Positions 36,416-45,612 of a DNA stretch of 64,000 bases are shown piece after piece (the first letter of the stretch is position 1; each line of letters opens with the position of its first letter). The notes under the pieces were generated by a model that was not told the DNA's origin, did no database searches, and saw only the letters and a program-made list of their open reading frames with translations. The translations under genes were made by a program, and so were the position numbers. Source of the stretch: an uncultured bacterium (GTDB lineage: Bacteria; Chlamydiota; Chlamydiia; Chlamydiales; JACRBE01); contig CAYSAJ010000003.1 of the NCBI GenBank assembly GCA_964429005.1, forward strand, positions 21,153-85,152, in the 5' to 3' direction.

Positions 36416-38359
36416 CTATTTGGCCGTCAAGAGGTCCTTGGAACTGATAATGCCCAAATAGTCTTTCATAATTTCTAAGGTTTCTTGAAATTGAAAGTCT
36501 TCCTGAATTAGTTCATCGGAAAGGGACTGTTTATTGATCAAACAGGTAATAAATTCTTGATACTTTTGATGACTCTTAATTCTATTTTGTGACTTTTCAG
36601 CCAATCCAGGGATGAAAGGTTCTAAATCATGAAGTTGAGGTTGTAGATTCTTACAGTAGGTCTTTCTCAATCTTAAACGAGAAAGAGGATGAATGTCTGA
36701 TAAATCATCCACAAAGTGACTCTCTATCGATTGATTGCCCAAAGCATTTTTTTGATACATTTCCCCTATTTTTGACTCAGAAAGGTATCCTGGCACTACG
36801 ATGTCTGAAGGAATCCCAGTAAGCTGGGGTGTTTTCCCACTAACAGTATAGTAGACTCCTTTAGTTACTTTATACTCTCCCTGAGGATTCACTTGTTGTG
36901 ACATTTGATTTTCAAGGGTAAACACTTGGAATGACCCCTTGCCAAATGTCATTTTATCTCCCACAATAAGGGCTCTACCGTAGTCTTTTAATGACTGGGC
37001 AACGATTTCCGAAGCTGATGCTGAAGCTCGGTTTGTCAGTACGACTAGTGGGCCGTCATAAAAAGCCTTTTCTTCAGTATTTCGAAGATGTTGTAGATTC
37101 CCATGGTCATCGCGTATGCTGGCTACAATACCACTCTTGATGAAAATGCCGCTGACTGTAACAGCTTGAGGAAGAAGGCCTCCTCCATTGTTTCGCAAGT
37201 CTAGGATGATTCCATAAATAGGGGTTTTTGCTCTTGTGTCTGATATAATCTTTTTAATGTCCTGAGTAGATGAGGAAGAGGGATCTTGATAAAAGGAATG
37301 TAGTGAAATATGGAGAATAACCCCATCTTTCCATTCATATTCCTTATGTTCATGGCGACTTTCTTTAAGGACAATTTCATCTCGAGGGATCTCGATTTGC
37401 AAAAGGTCTTTGCTGCCAGATGCTTGATCTCTTTCGATGGAAAGTAATACTTTACTTCCTTTTGGACCCCGAATTAAAGCTACAGCATCGATTATGTCTA
37501 AGCCTGCTACAGGTTCGTTATTAACAGCTATAATTCTGTCTCCCTCTTTAAGGAGGCCAGAAACTTTTGCGGGGCCACCATCTATGAGTTCAGTAATCCT
37601 AAGTCCTACTAAGTCATCATGCAAGAGGGCCCCGATTCCAAAAAGTCTTTGCTGGACTTGGATTACAAACTGGGAGGCTTCTTTTGGGGTAAAATAGACA
37701 GTATGGTTGTCCAGAGAATGGCATAAAGCCTTTAAAAACAGGGAATAGAGGTATTGTTTTCTTTCCGATTTATTTTTTCCTACGATCTCCTCTTCTACTG
37801 ACATTCTTCTTTTTTTTAGTCTCTCAAGAAGAATTTCCCTTGTTTCCTCGTTGATTTTTGAAGCACTCTCTAGCTGGAGTGATCTGATCCTTTCAATACG
37901 CTGAGTCAGCTCTTCCTCAGATTTAGCCCAAGCTAGTTCTTCAAATTCTTCAGGGTCAACATCTTTGATAAGCTCTCGCTTTTGCATGAAAGTTTCTTCT
38001 ATCCTGCTCCGCCTGCTTATTGCTTTTTCCATTTTATCAAGGATCCCTTCAAAAACTTTTAAAGAACCTCTTTCATAGTCAGCAATAAGTTTTGAGCCCA
38101 TTTCTTGATGGGGATTTGTATACTCAAGCACTTCATTTTCAATGAAATAAGTCTTTATGGGGTCTATGATTTCAATAAAATTCCCAAGAACAGTAATCGC
38201 AAGTTCTTGATTCATAGCTTTTTGAGAAACGTGATTGGATAAAATTTCTTGAGCTTTTTTTTGGGTAATAGGGAAGTCTAGTTCGGGGGGTTTAGCAAAG
38301 ACGCAGAAAGGGAGATAAAAGGTGAAAAGCAGCGCTATAAAACGGTATAAACTATTCAT
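36416..38359 (-). CDS. tsp: Tail-specific (C-terminal processing) protease, S41 family with PDZ domain
   Basis: Signal peptide MNSLYRFIALLFTFYLPFCVFA, a PDZ-like GLLKEGDRIIAVNNEPV segment and the S41 catalytic region NRASASASEIVAQSLKD ... KG. The start was moved to 38359. Confidence 0.85.
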   Translation of the reverse strand: MNSLYRFIALLFTFYLPFCVFAKPPELDFPITQKKAQEILSNHVSQKAMNQELAITVLGNFIEIIDPIKTYFIENEVLEYTNPHQEMGSKLIADYERGSLKVFEGILDKMEKAISRRSRIEETFMQKRELIKDVDPEEFEELAWAKSEEELTQRIERIRSLQLESASKINEETREILLERLKKRRMSVEEEIVGKNKSERKQYLYSLFLKALCHSLDNHTVYFTPKEASQFVIQVQQRLFGIGALLHDDLVGLRITELIDGGPAKVSGLLKEGDRIIAVNNEPVAGLDIIDAVALIRGPKGSKVLLSIERDQASGSKDLLQIEIPRDEIVLKESRHEHKEYEWKDGVILHISLHSFYQDPSSSSTQDIKKIISDTRAKTPIYGIILDLRNNGGGLLPQAVTVSGIFIKSGIVASIRDDHGNLQHLRNTEEKAFYDGPLVVLTNRASASASEIVAQSLKDYGRALIVGDKMTFGKGSFQVFTLENQMSQQVNPQGEYKVTKGVYYTVSGKTPQLTGIPSDIVVPGYLSESKIGEMYQKNALGNQSIESHFVDDLSDIHPLSRLRLRKTYCKNLQPQLHDLEPFIPGLAEKSQNRIKSHQKYQEFITCLINKQSLSDELIQEDFQFQETLEIMKDYLGIISSKDLLTAK

Positions 38360-38590
38360 AAGAGACTCAAACTCAGGAAGTACCCTGAAAATCAAGGGAT
38401 TATAACGGCTGATCTTAAAGAATTTAGGAAAATTTTGGAAGGGGTATTTGAACTTAGAGGGAAAGATTAAAGGGTCAAAGTATTTTTTTAATGAATTTAA
38501 AGCCCCCGGAGTGTAAAATATTTCTTAAAATGACAACTATTTAGTCTTAAAACAAAGGATTAATTAAAGAATTTCTTGCATAAATCCAAT

Positions 38591-38608
38591 ATTAATTGCG
38601 TAATTAAT
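38591..38608. promoter_or_regulatory. AT-rich palindrome (possible operator) upstream of the tandem-HTH gene
   Basis: ATTAATT-gcgt-AATTAAT has 7-bp perfect inverted arms and ends 10 nt upstream of the predicted -35 box. Confidence 0.3.
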
Positions 38609-38618
38609 ATATTTTTAT

Positions 38619-38647
38619 TTGTGATCAATTCTTTATTTTGTGATAAT
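38619..38647 (+). promoter_or_regulatory. Extended -10 sigma70-like promoter for the tandem-HTH gene
   Basis: TTGTGA, a 17-nt spacer ending in TGt, and GATAAT. It lies about 55 nt upstream of SD GGGGGA and the ATG at 38707. Confidence 0.45.
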
Positions 38648-38706
38648 GCTATTCGAAATAAGACTATTTTGAAGATTACTATTAGAAAAAAAATTGGGGG
38701 ATTAAA

Positions 38707-39156
38707 ATGACCGACATGATGACAGATCACATCGAGGTGAATCAGATCGATGATAGAGGACAATATGTCTCTATTACTGAAGCAGCTCGAATTAACAATG
38801 TCACACGACAGGCCATTTATGTTGCTATTAAGCAAAATAAATTGAAGGCAGTTAAAAACCGAACACGTTGGACAATTCATCTAAAGGATTTGGAAGACTA
38901 CCGAAGAGGTAAGTACTCTAGAACTAAATCTACTTTTGAAGGTGAATTATTGTTTGATAACGATAAGGGATTTTTCTCTGTTAACCAAACAGCGAAAATT
39001 CTTGGCGTGCCAGCTCAGAAAATTTACTATGCTACACGCGTCGGGATGCTCAAAGCTACCAGAAAAGGTTCGGCTTGGGTTATTCACATTAACGATATCA
39101 AAGAATACAAAGATACATACCTATCTTCTGAAAAAGAAGAATTTGCTGTAATGTAG
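38707..39156 (+). CDS. Tandem helix-turn-helix (excisionase/MerR-like HTH) DNA-binding protein; candidate EUO-type regulator by position
   Basis: Two homologous halves are visible: YVSITEAARINNVTRQAIYVAIKQNKLKAVKNRTRWTIHLKDLEDYRR and FFSVNQTAKILGVPAQKIYYATRVGMLKATRKGSAWVIHINDIKEYKD. The gene is convergent with recJ, the position I recall for euo in Chlamydia. Confidence 0.6.
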   Translation: MTDMMTDHIEVNQIDDRGQYVSITEAARINNVTRQAIYVAIKQNKLKAVKNRTRWTIHLKDLEDYRRGKYSRTKSTFEGELLFDNDKGFFSVNQTAKILGVPAQKIYYATRVGMLKATRKGSAWVIHINDIKEYKDTYLSSEKEEFAVM

Positions 39157-39179
39157 TTTTTGGATTTTTTCCATTTAGT

Positions 39180-39214
39180 AAAAAGCAAAGAACTCAACAT
39201 TCTTTGCTTTTTTT
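39180..39214. terminator. Bidirectional intrinsic terminator between the tandem-HTH gene and recJ
   Basis: AAAAAGCAAAGAA-ctcaaca-TTCTTTGCTTTTT is a perfect 13-bp stem. The A-run and T-run arms supply a U-tract in both directions, and the element abuts the recJ stop. Confidence 0.8.
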
Positions 39215-40955
39215 ATTCTTCATCAATGATCTTAAAATCTTTGATTTGTAGTTGAATGCTAGATTTATTCAGATAGTTGTTAATTTGAGGAGTGAAGGCG
39301 ATCAAGAGCTTTAAATTCTTTTTAAGAAGCAACGTCCGCCTGTGTCCTAAACCAAATCCAATACCTTCCAAGAAGCGATCCTTCTCTTCTAAAAACAATT
39401 TCAGATGTGTTCTTCCTAAAGTTTTAGGAGGCCATACTTGTTTGGCCTCGCAAAGAAGTACAGGGGATGGATTCTCATTACCATACGGTTCAAGTAAATT
39501 GATCGATTCTAGAAATTCAAAAGTTAGATCCTTGAATCCTGCAAATGCATCGATTTGAAGTTTAGGGAATATATCCTGGTCTTTGAGTGTAGAATTGGCA
39601 ATTTGAATGAAACGTCTCTTGAATTCCTCAATATTCTCTCGTTTGATAGAAAGTCCTGCTGCATAATCATGCCCACCGTAATTGATCAAAAGATCAGCAC
39701 AATCCTTGAGTACCGGAAGAACAGGAAATTCGGATATAGTTCGGATTGAGCCTTTTCCAATATCATTCTCTAAAGCGATGATTATAGTAGGTCTATTATA
39801 TTGTTTCGCAATTCGAGCAGTAATAATAGGGATGATCCCTGGATGCCATTTGTCTGAATGCAATATGATCGCTTTTTCTTGGAAAAGTTCTGGATGTTGT
39901 TCTAGAAATTCTTCAATGTCATCTGAATCTTTTTTTTCAATTTGTTGGCGCTCTAAGTTTTTTAAATCAAGTTCTTTGGCCAAATGCTCTGCATTCGTCG
40001 CATCACGAATCAACAAAAGCTCGACACCTTTTATTGGATCTGCGATTCGTCCTAAACTGTTTAAGCGAGGGGCGATTTTTGAAGCGATGTCCATAGTGGT
40101 GATTTCATGGGGTCTAAGTCCACACACTTTTATCAGCTTAACAAGACCTATACGAGTTGTTTTAACGAGCTGATTGAGGCCGTAGCGAACTAAGATTCTG
40201 TTTTCTCCAACAAGAGCTCCCATATCTGCTATAGTCCCTAGAGCGACTAAATCAAGGTACTGCTTGAGGTCTATGAAATTTCCTTTTATCTCTCCTCTTG
40301 AAATGAGAAGGTTTGTATAGGCATGAGCCAATTTAAAAGCTACGCCCACACCAGTTAGATTTCTATTTGGGTAAGTCGAATTCAATAATTTTGGGTTAAG
40401 AGTTGCTATGCAGTGGGGAAGTTTATCAGTTGGTTCGTGGTGATCAGTAATAATGACATCAATATTATGCTTTTTGAAAGCTAGGATGTCTTCCTCAGAT
40501 GTAATCCCACAATCGACTGTGATGATAAGAGAGCAGTGATTTTTGATAGCATATTCAATAGCACCTTCGCTCGGAGAATTTTTAGTATTGATTCTATTAG
40601 GAATATAGAAAAAAACATCCATTCCCAGAGATTGTAGAAAGTCTGTTAATAGGGCAGTGCCTGTCATCCCATCAACATCGTTATCACCGTAAACAAGGAT
40701 TTTTTCATTATTTTCAGCTGACTGATGGATTCGTTTAGTTGCCTTGTCGATTTCCGGGAAAAGATCAGGGCTAGGGAGGTTAGGCAATTTTGCATAGAGG
40801 AAAGAATGAACCTGTTCGCTCGAAGTAAAACCACGAGAAACAAGAACCTGTGCCGTTACGGGATGGATGTTGAATTCCTTCACGAAATGACTACAAAGAT
40901 CTGGGGCCTCTTTTGGCATTATCCAAATGGGTTCATGATGGCTTTGAAATGTCAT
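39213..40955 (-). CDS. recJ: Single-stranded-DNA-specific exonuclease RecJ
   Basis: DHH-family motifs (GDNDVDGMTG, DCG, ITDHHEP) and a DHHA1 region (GGHDYAAG). Confidence 0.93.
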   Translation of the reverse strand: MTFQSHHEPIWIMPKEAPDLCSHFVKEFNIHPVTAQVLVSRGFTSSEQVHSFLYAKLPNLPSPDLFPEIDKATKRIHQSAENNEKILVYGDNDVDGMTGTALLTDFLQSLGMDVFFYIPNRINTKNSPSEGAIEYAIKNHCSLIITVDCGITSEEDILAFKKHNIDVIITDHHEPTDKLPHCIATLNPKLLNSTYPNRNLTGVGVAFKLAHAYTNLLISRGEIKGNFIDLKQYLDLVALGTIADMGALVGENRILVRYGLNQLVKTTRIGLVKLIKVCGLRPHEITTMDIASKIAPRLNSLGRIADPIKGVELLLIRDATNAEHLAKELDLKNLERQQIEKKDSDDIEEFLEQHPELFQEKAIILHSDKWHPGIIPIITARIAKQYNRPTIIIALENDIGKGSIRTISEFPVLPVLKDCADLLINYGGHDYAAGLSIKRENIEEFKRRFIQIANSTLKDQDIFPKLQIDAFAGFKDLTFEFLESINLLEPYGNENPSPVLLCEAKQVWPPKTLGRTHLKLFLEEKDRFLEGIGFGLGHRRTLLLKKNLKLLIAFTPQINNYLNKSSIQLQIKDFKIIDEE

Positions 40956-40993
40956 TGTTCCTTTATTCTTTTGATCTTAATTTGCATATAAAG

Positions 40994-43900
40994 TTATCCA
41001 TTATTTGTCGCTGATATTTCATTGCTCTTCTCTTTTCTGTCAAAGAACAGAAGAAGAGGGCTGGCAACAAAGAATGTTGATAATGTTCCAACTACGACAC
41101 CAAGAGCCATGATCAAAGAAAATCCGAAAACAGTTTCTCCACCAAATAAAACTAAAACAAGCAACACAATAAATGTAGTGAAGGAAGTCATAATTGTTCT
41201 GCTCAGTGTTCTATTAAGTGACCCGTTGACTAGTTGGCTAAATGAGAGATTTTTAGAGCTTCGAATATCTTCTCTAATGCGGTCAAAAACAATGATCGTA
41301 TCGTTAAGTGAGTAGCCGATTATTGTTAAGAAAGCAGCTATAGCGTTCATATCGATCTGAATAGGGAGGCCTAAAGCTAAGAGCAATCCCATAATTGACA
41401 AGGTCATGATCAAATCAAACGCGAGGCCTAGAGTTGCCGATATGGCATACTTAAACTCAAAACGGAAAGTGATATAGATCAAGATACAAAGCAAAGCACT
41501 TGCTAGGGCAATGAGTGCGTTAGTTCTCATTGTATCAGACATTTGACCACTGACAGACGTCCACGATAAGTGCAAGCTTTGAAGGCAAGTTGGGGTAAGA
41601 TCGACACCTTCATATTTCATGACCTTTACAAGGGAAGCTAGATTAGGATCTGTTTCCCATAAATAGGTTGTTGAAGAAGGAGTTGATTTTAGTTCTATTT
41701 TGTTAATCAAAGCCTGTGCATTTTTGCTAAGGAAAAGTCTAGCTTGCTGTCCATCTCCTAATTCACGAACTTGGAAATAGTGAGCTGGAATTCCTGCTTT
41801 CAATAGGGCTTGAGAAATTTCATGCTTCGCTGATGTAGTTGCTTCCTTTTTAACTTCTAGGGTAACGGCATGTCCACCCGTAAAATCAAGACCTAATGCA
41901 TGGTGTCTATTATAAACTAAGGCCGAGAGACCCCCTAAAATGATAACTAGGGATATAAAAATTGCGGTTTTTGCATTTTTGATAAAAGGAATATTTTGTG
42001 CTTTTATCCAATTCATCATCGAAAGGGAAGAAATTCTTCCTTTAGCGATCCCCATATCAAAGATGTATCTAGTCACAAACAAAGCTGTAAACATGGAAGA
42101 AGCAATACCAATAATTAGCGTTAATGCAAATCCTTTTACAGGTCCTGCATCAAAGCTTAGTAGAATGAGCCCAGCCAAGATTGTTGTGATGTTTGAATCA
42201 AAAATTGCAGCGAATGCTCTTTTATAACCTTCTTGAATTGCAATTTTTATAGATCTGCCTTCGTTGAGTTCTTCTCTGATTCTTTCGAATACAAGAACGT
42301 TCGCATCTACGGCCATTCCAACAGTTAGGATAATTCCTGCTATGCCAGGAAGAGTGAGGGCTGCGCCAATATTTTGTAAACAAGCCCACATGATAAGTAA
42401 GTTAGCAATAACTGCGATAGAAGCCACTACTCCGGAGAAACGATAATAAACGACCATCGTAACAATGACTGCAAGGAGGGCTAATACTGTTGCGGTAATT
42501 CCTTGGAATCTCTCTTTTAATCCTAGTTCTGGGCTTATGTTTTTCTCAGAAAGGATGTGAGGAGTATATGTAAGAGATCCGGCCTTGAGATCTGATTCGA
42601 GTTTCTGCACTTCGCGCAGAGTAAAATTGCCTGAAATCATGGCATGGTCTTGGAGTGTTGACTCGAGAGTTGGCGATGAAACTACGTAGTCATTTAAGAC
42701 GACAGCCATTCTCCATCCTCTACCATGTGAATGATTAGCATTTTCTTGAGAAAGAGAGTCTTTAGCGAACTGAGATGTCCACACAGCCAAATTTTCTCTT
42801 GGAGAGAAAGCCTTGCCATCTGGGGTGAAGAAGCTTTTTTTGACATCAAAAGTTAGAAAATTTCCTTTCATAGGATCGTAATTAACATGAACATTTTCTA
42901 AATGAGAACCTTCGAGAGGGCTATTTTTGAAGACAATCATCAGAGGATGGGTTTGTCCATGCCATTCTTTGTAATCAGATCCCTTGTACAAGGCTATTCG
43001 AGACTCTACAGTATTTAGATCGTGAGCAGGAGCATCCGACTCTGGATCAGCTAATCGTAGCCCATTTTCAAAAAGGATTCTTGCCGATTCAGTTCTAGGG
43101 GAATGTCTTGCATCGTTATGAAGATGTTGCCATGCGATAGCTTGGATTGCTTCGTTACTCGTCGTGTTTTTTGCAAGCGCTTCATTCCAAACTTGTTGGA
43201 GAAAACGATTGACGTGGTCTCCCAGAGTTCTATTGAATAAAGAAAATTTTTCATTGACTACATGAAAGGACATCGATGAAGCTTTGATCAGCTCCTGAGC
43301 GGAGAAATGCTGTGCTCCAGGAAAGTCCACGCTAATGTGTGATCCTTCTTGTCGGATTGCAACTTCAGACACACCCATTTTATTTAGTCGTGTATAGAGC
43401 TCATTAATACCTCGTCGGATATCTGCTTCGCTAGTAACAGGTTTGTGACTTGCATCACGAAGCTCTAATTGAACAGTTTTTCCTCCTGAAATATCAAGAC
43501 CCCACTGGAGAATGCGTTTTTCATCGCCACGGAAGTACTTTTTAGCAGATAGGATAAGGTTATCTATATAAGTATTTTTGATTGGTTTTGGGACTTCTAA
43601 ATTAGGTTGGTCAGCATGGGAAAAAGATGCAGATTGATAATCATCCTTCCATTTTAGAAGTTCATCATGTTGAATGGATTCGATTTTATTGAGGGTATTT
43701 ATTCTTTGCTTATGGTTTGAGAGCTCGAGTAATGCAACGTGAGAATTGCCCTTAACGGCGAATTCTTCTCTTGAAGCCTGCAAAATAGGTAAATAAAAAT
43801 CTTTAGCTTCAAAAATCACATCATTTGCAAACTCCTTAGAATAAGGGAAGCTGTTGCCAAGGTGAAGAGTAAAGCCATGGTCCATAAGAATGGCTCTTAG

Positions 43901-45493
43901 ACTGTCAAAATCTCTTGAAAACTGACGAGCTTGAGGTGATTGAGGGGTTGACTGAAGGTTTTCAGCGATTTCTTTAAGATCTTTAGCAATTAAGTATACA
44001 GAACCATGAGAAAATCCAGCTGGAATAGAATTGTGCAAGTCGGGGGAGAATAAGACTAAACTTAATCCTTTGTTTTCCTCTTTTAGTGAAAGGAAGTCTT
44101 CATAGGATAGAATAGGGTAATTATCCCTCTTGAGGTCTTTGTATTCTGGATTCCAATTTTTTTGTAAAAACCCCGAAAATTGAGTTAGGTATGATTTGCA
44201 TAGTTCTTTTAGATTGAGCTTAATAAATCCTGAAGCATTCTCAGATTCTTTGACAGCCATCTTAAATCCTCTTTCGGTTGGGAGGATAGATGTGTGCATC
44301 TCTCTTGAAATTCTAGCAACTTCATGAAAGAGAAGGGCTTCTGCTTTTTTTTGCTTCGCAGTTGAATGTAATAAATTGTTAAGGTCATCATGGGGAATTA
44401 AATGAATACTTCCATTTTTCCAGTCGAGTTCAATAGAAGCAAATAATAGACTGTTTTTCCCAAGAGAAATTTTGGCGATAGGTCCAGATCCAAAAGTAAA
44501 AGAAGAATCAAAAACTTGTGGAAGGCTTTGAGAGGCAATACTTCTTAGAGAATTCGCTTTTAGAAACTGAATACTTTTGAAGATTGTATCTTCGTTTTCT
44601 TCCAGAATTCTTAAATGGTTCGCTGCTTCAGCTTTCAAAGTTGGATTATTGGCATTCTCTTCTTTCTCAAGGTATTCTTTGATTTGAACCTTTTGCTGCT
44701 TAATTGTGTCTTTGGCAGCAATAAATTTGTCTTGAAGTTCTTGGATGACTACGTTACGAGGTTTGTTCGAATTGCCTGCAAGGGAAAGAATCAAGCGATC
44801 AATACTTTGGGATTTTTCGCCAAACAGTTCCACAAAAGATAAAATATTTCTTGATAAGACGTTTGCGAAATCAAGGTTTTCTTGAGGAGAAGCATTCTGG
44901 ATGAGGGCATCAGCAATTAAAGAATTTTCTGTCTGAGAGCAAAGAGCAGTAACGAGACTTTGAACGTGTTCTTTAGCTAGTTCCTGGTAAGATTGAGTCG
45001 GCGCTCCTATTCCGTCAAAAAAAGAGCCGAAATGAAAAAGTTTGCCAGCATCTTCAACACTTAAGTGAAGAGGAATTTTTCTTTGAACGACTACAGTTGT
45101 TGTGTCGTCACCATAGGATGCTGTACTGAGGTTAAGTTGAGCAGGATAAAAAGGGATGAGGGCGCCAGCTTTTGGAAGGTGTTCCCTGAGTGTATCAGCA
45201 TCTCCTAAAGTAGGGCATTTTATAGTGATTATTTGAGAGTTTTCAGGATCTAATGAAACTTCAGTAGTTTTGACTCCAATCAACTGTGCGAAGGAATAGA
45301 GCCAAGATATTGAATCTTTTTCGAGTTGATTTACTCTTTGTATAGAGGCAACAGCAATTTGATGGGCATCTTTAGAGCTTAGGGACTCTTGGAGGGGCTT
45401 AGAGTAGTAGAGAAGAGTTGGTAGAATATGAAATAAAGTAACGATACCTACAGAGAAAAGAATAAATCCTTGCCAGCGTCTATGTTTCTTCAT
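40994..45493 (-). CDS. secDF: Fused protein-export membrane protein SecD/SecF with a very large periplasmic domain
   Basis: The 1500-aa protein has a single N-terminal TM, a roughly 950-aa extracytoplasmic region, then two six-TM SecD/SecF modules (DANVLVFERIREE and NDTIIVFDRIRED). The start was chosen at MKKHRRW (45493), preceded by AGGTG. Confidence 0.9.
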   Translation of the reverse strand: MKKHRRWQGFILFSVGIVTLFHILPTLLYYSKPLQESLSSKDAHQIAVASIQRVNQLEKDSISWLYSFAQLIGVKTTEVSLDPENSQIITIKCPTLGDADTLREHLPKAGALIPFYPAQLNLSTASYGDDTTTVVVQRKIPLHLSVEDAGKLFHFGSFFDGIGAPTQSYQELAKEHVQSLVTALCSQTENSLIADALIQNASPQENLDFANVLSRNILSFVELFGEKSQSIDRLILSLAGNSNKPRNVVIQELQDKFIAAKDTIKQQKVQIKEYLEKEENANNPTLKAEAANHLRILEENEDTIFKSIQFLKANSLRSIASQSLPQVFDSSFTFGSGPIAKISLGKNSLLFASIELDWKNGSIHLIPHDDLNNLLHSTAKQKKAEALLFHEVARISREMHTSILPTERGFKMAVKESENASGFIKLNLKELCKSYLTQFSGFLQKNWNPEYKDLKRDNYPILSYEDFLSLKEENKGLSLVLFSPDLHNSIPAGFSHGSVYLIAKDLKEIAENLQSTPQSPQARQFSRDFDSLRAILMDHGFTLHLGNSFPYSKEFANDVIFEAKDFYLPILQASREEFAVKGNSHVALLELSNHKQRINTLNKIESIQHDELLKWKDDYQSASFSHADQPNLEVPKPIKNTYIDNLILSAKKYFRGDEKRILQWGLDISGGKTVQLELRDASHKPVTSEADIRRGINELYTRLNKMGVSEVAIRQEGSHISVDFPGAQHFSAQELIKASSMSFHVVNEKFSLFNRTLGDHVNRFLQQVWNEALAKNTTSNEAIQAIAWQHLHNDARHSPRTESARILFENGLRLADPESDAPAHDLNTVESRIALYKGSDYKEWHGQTHPLMIVFKNSPLEGSHLENVHVNYDPMKGNFLTFDVKKSFFTPDGKAFSPRENLAVWTSQFAKDSLSQENANHSHGRGWRMAVVLNDYVVSSPTLESTLQDHAMISGNFTLREVQKLESDLKAGSLTYTPHILSEKNISPELGLKERFQGITATVLALLAVIVTMVVYYRFSGVVASIAVIANLLIMWACLQNIGAALTLPGIAGIILTVGMAVDANVLVFERIREELNEGRSIKIAIQEGYKRAFAAIFDSNITTILAGLILLSFDAGPVKGFALTLIIGIASSMFTALFVTRYIFDMGIAKGRISSLSMMNWIKAQNIPFIKNAKTAIFISLVIILGGLSALVYNRHHALGLDFTGGHAVTLEVKKEATTSAKHEISQALLKAGIPAHYFQVRELGDGQQARLFLSKNAQALINKIELKSTPSSTTYLWETDPNLASLVKVMKYEGVDLTPTCLQSLHLSWTSVSGQMSDTMRTNALIALASALLCILIYITFRFEFKYAISATLGLAFDLIMTLSIMGLLLALGLPIQIDMNAIAAFLTIIGYSLNDTIIVFDRIREDIRSSKNLSFSQLVNGSLNRTLSRTIMTSFTTFIVLLVLVLFGGETVFGFSLIMALGVVVGTLSTFFVASPLLLFFDRKEKSNEISATNNG

Positions 45494-45612
45494 GATGCAC
45501 CTGGAGTTGTTCATCGGTAGGATAATAGTTATGTAGGATTAAGTCTAGAAGAAATGCTGACGATTATTGGTTTTAATGGTATGTTGAGGGGCATTAAATT
45601 GAGCGTGAGAAT

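Noticed and set aside
38560-38880. 106-aa minus-strand ORF spanning the AT-rich leader and the 5' end of the tandem-HTH gene
   Set aside because: Its translation is Ile/Asn/Phe-rich, as expected from translating AT-rich DNA. It overlaps a gene that has a clear SD, promoter and internal domain duplication.
39682-40173. 163-aa plus-strand ORF antisense to recJ, together with 39292-39558 and 39555-39749
   Set aside because: All are embedded antisense in recJ, which has clear DHH/DHHA1 motifs. They have no start context or recognisable domains.
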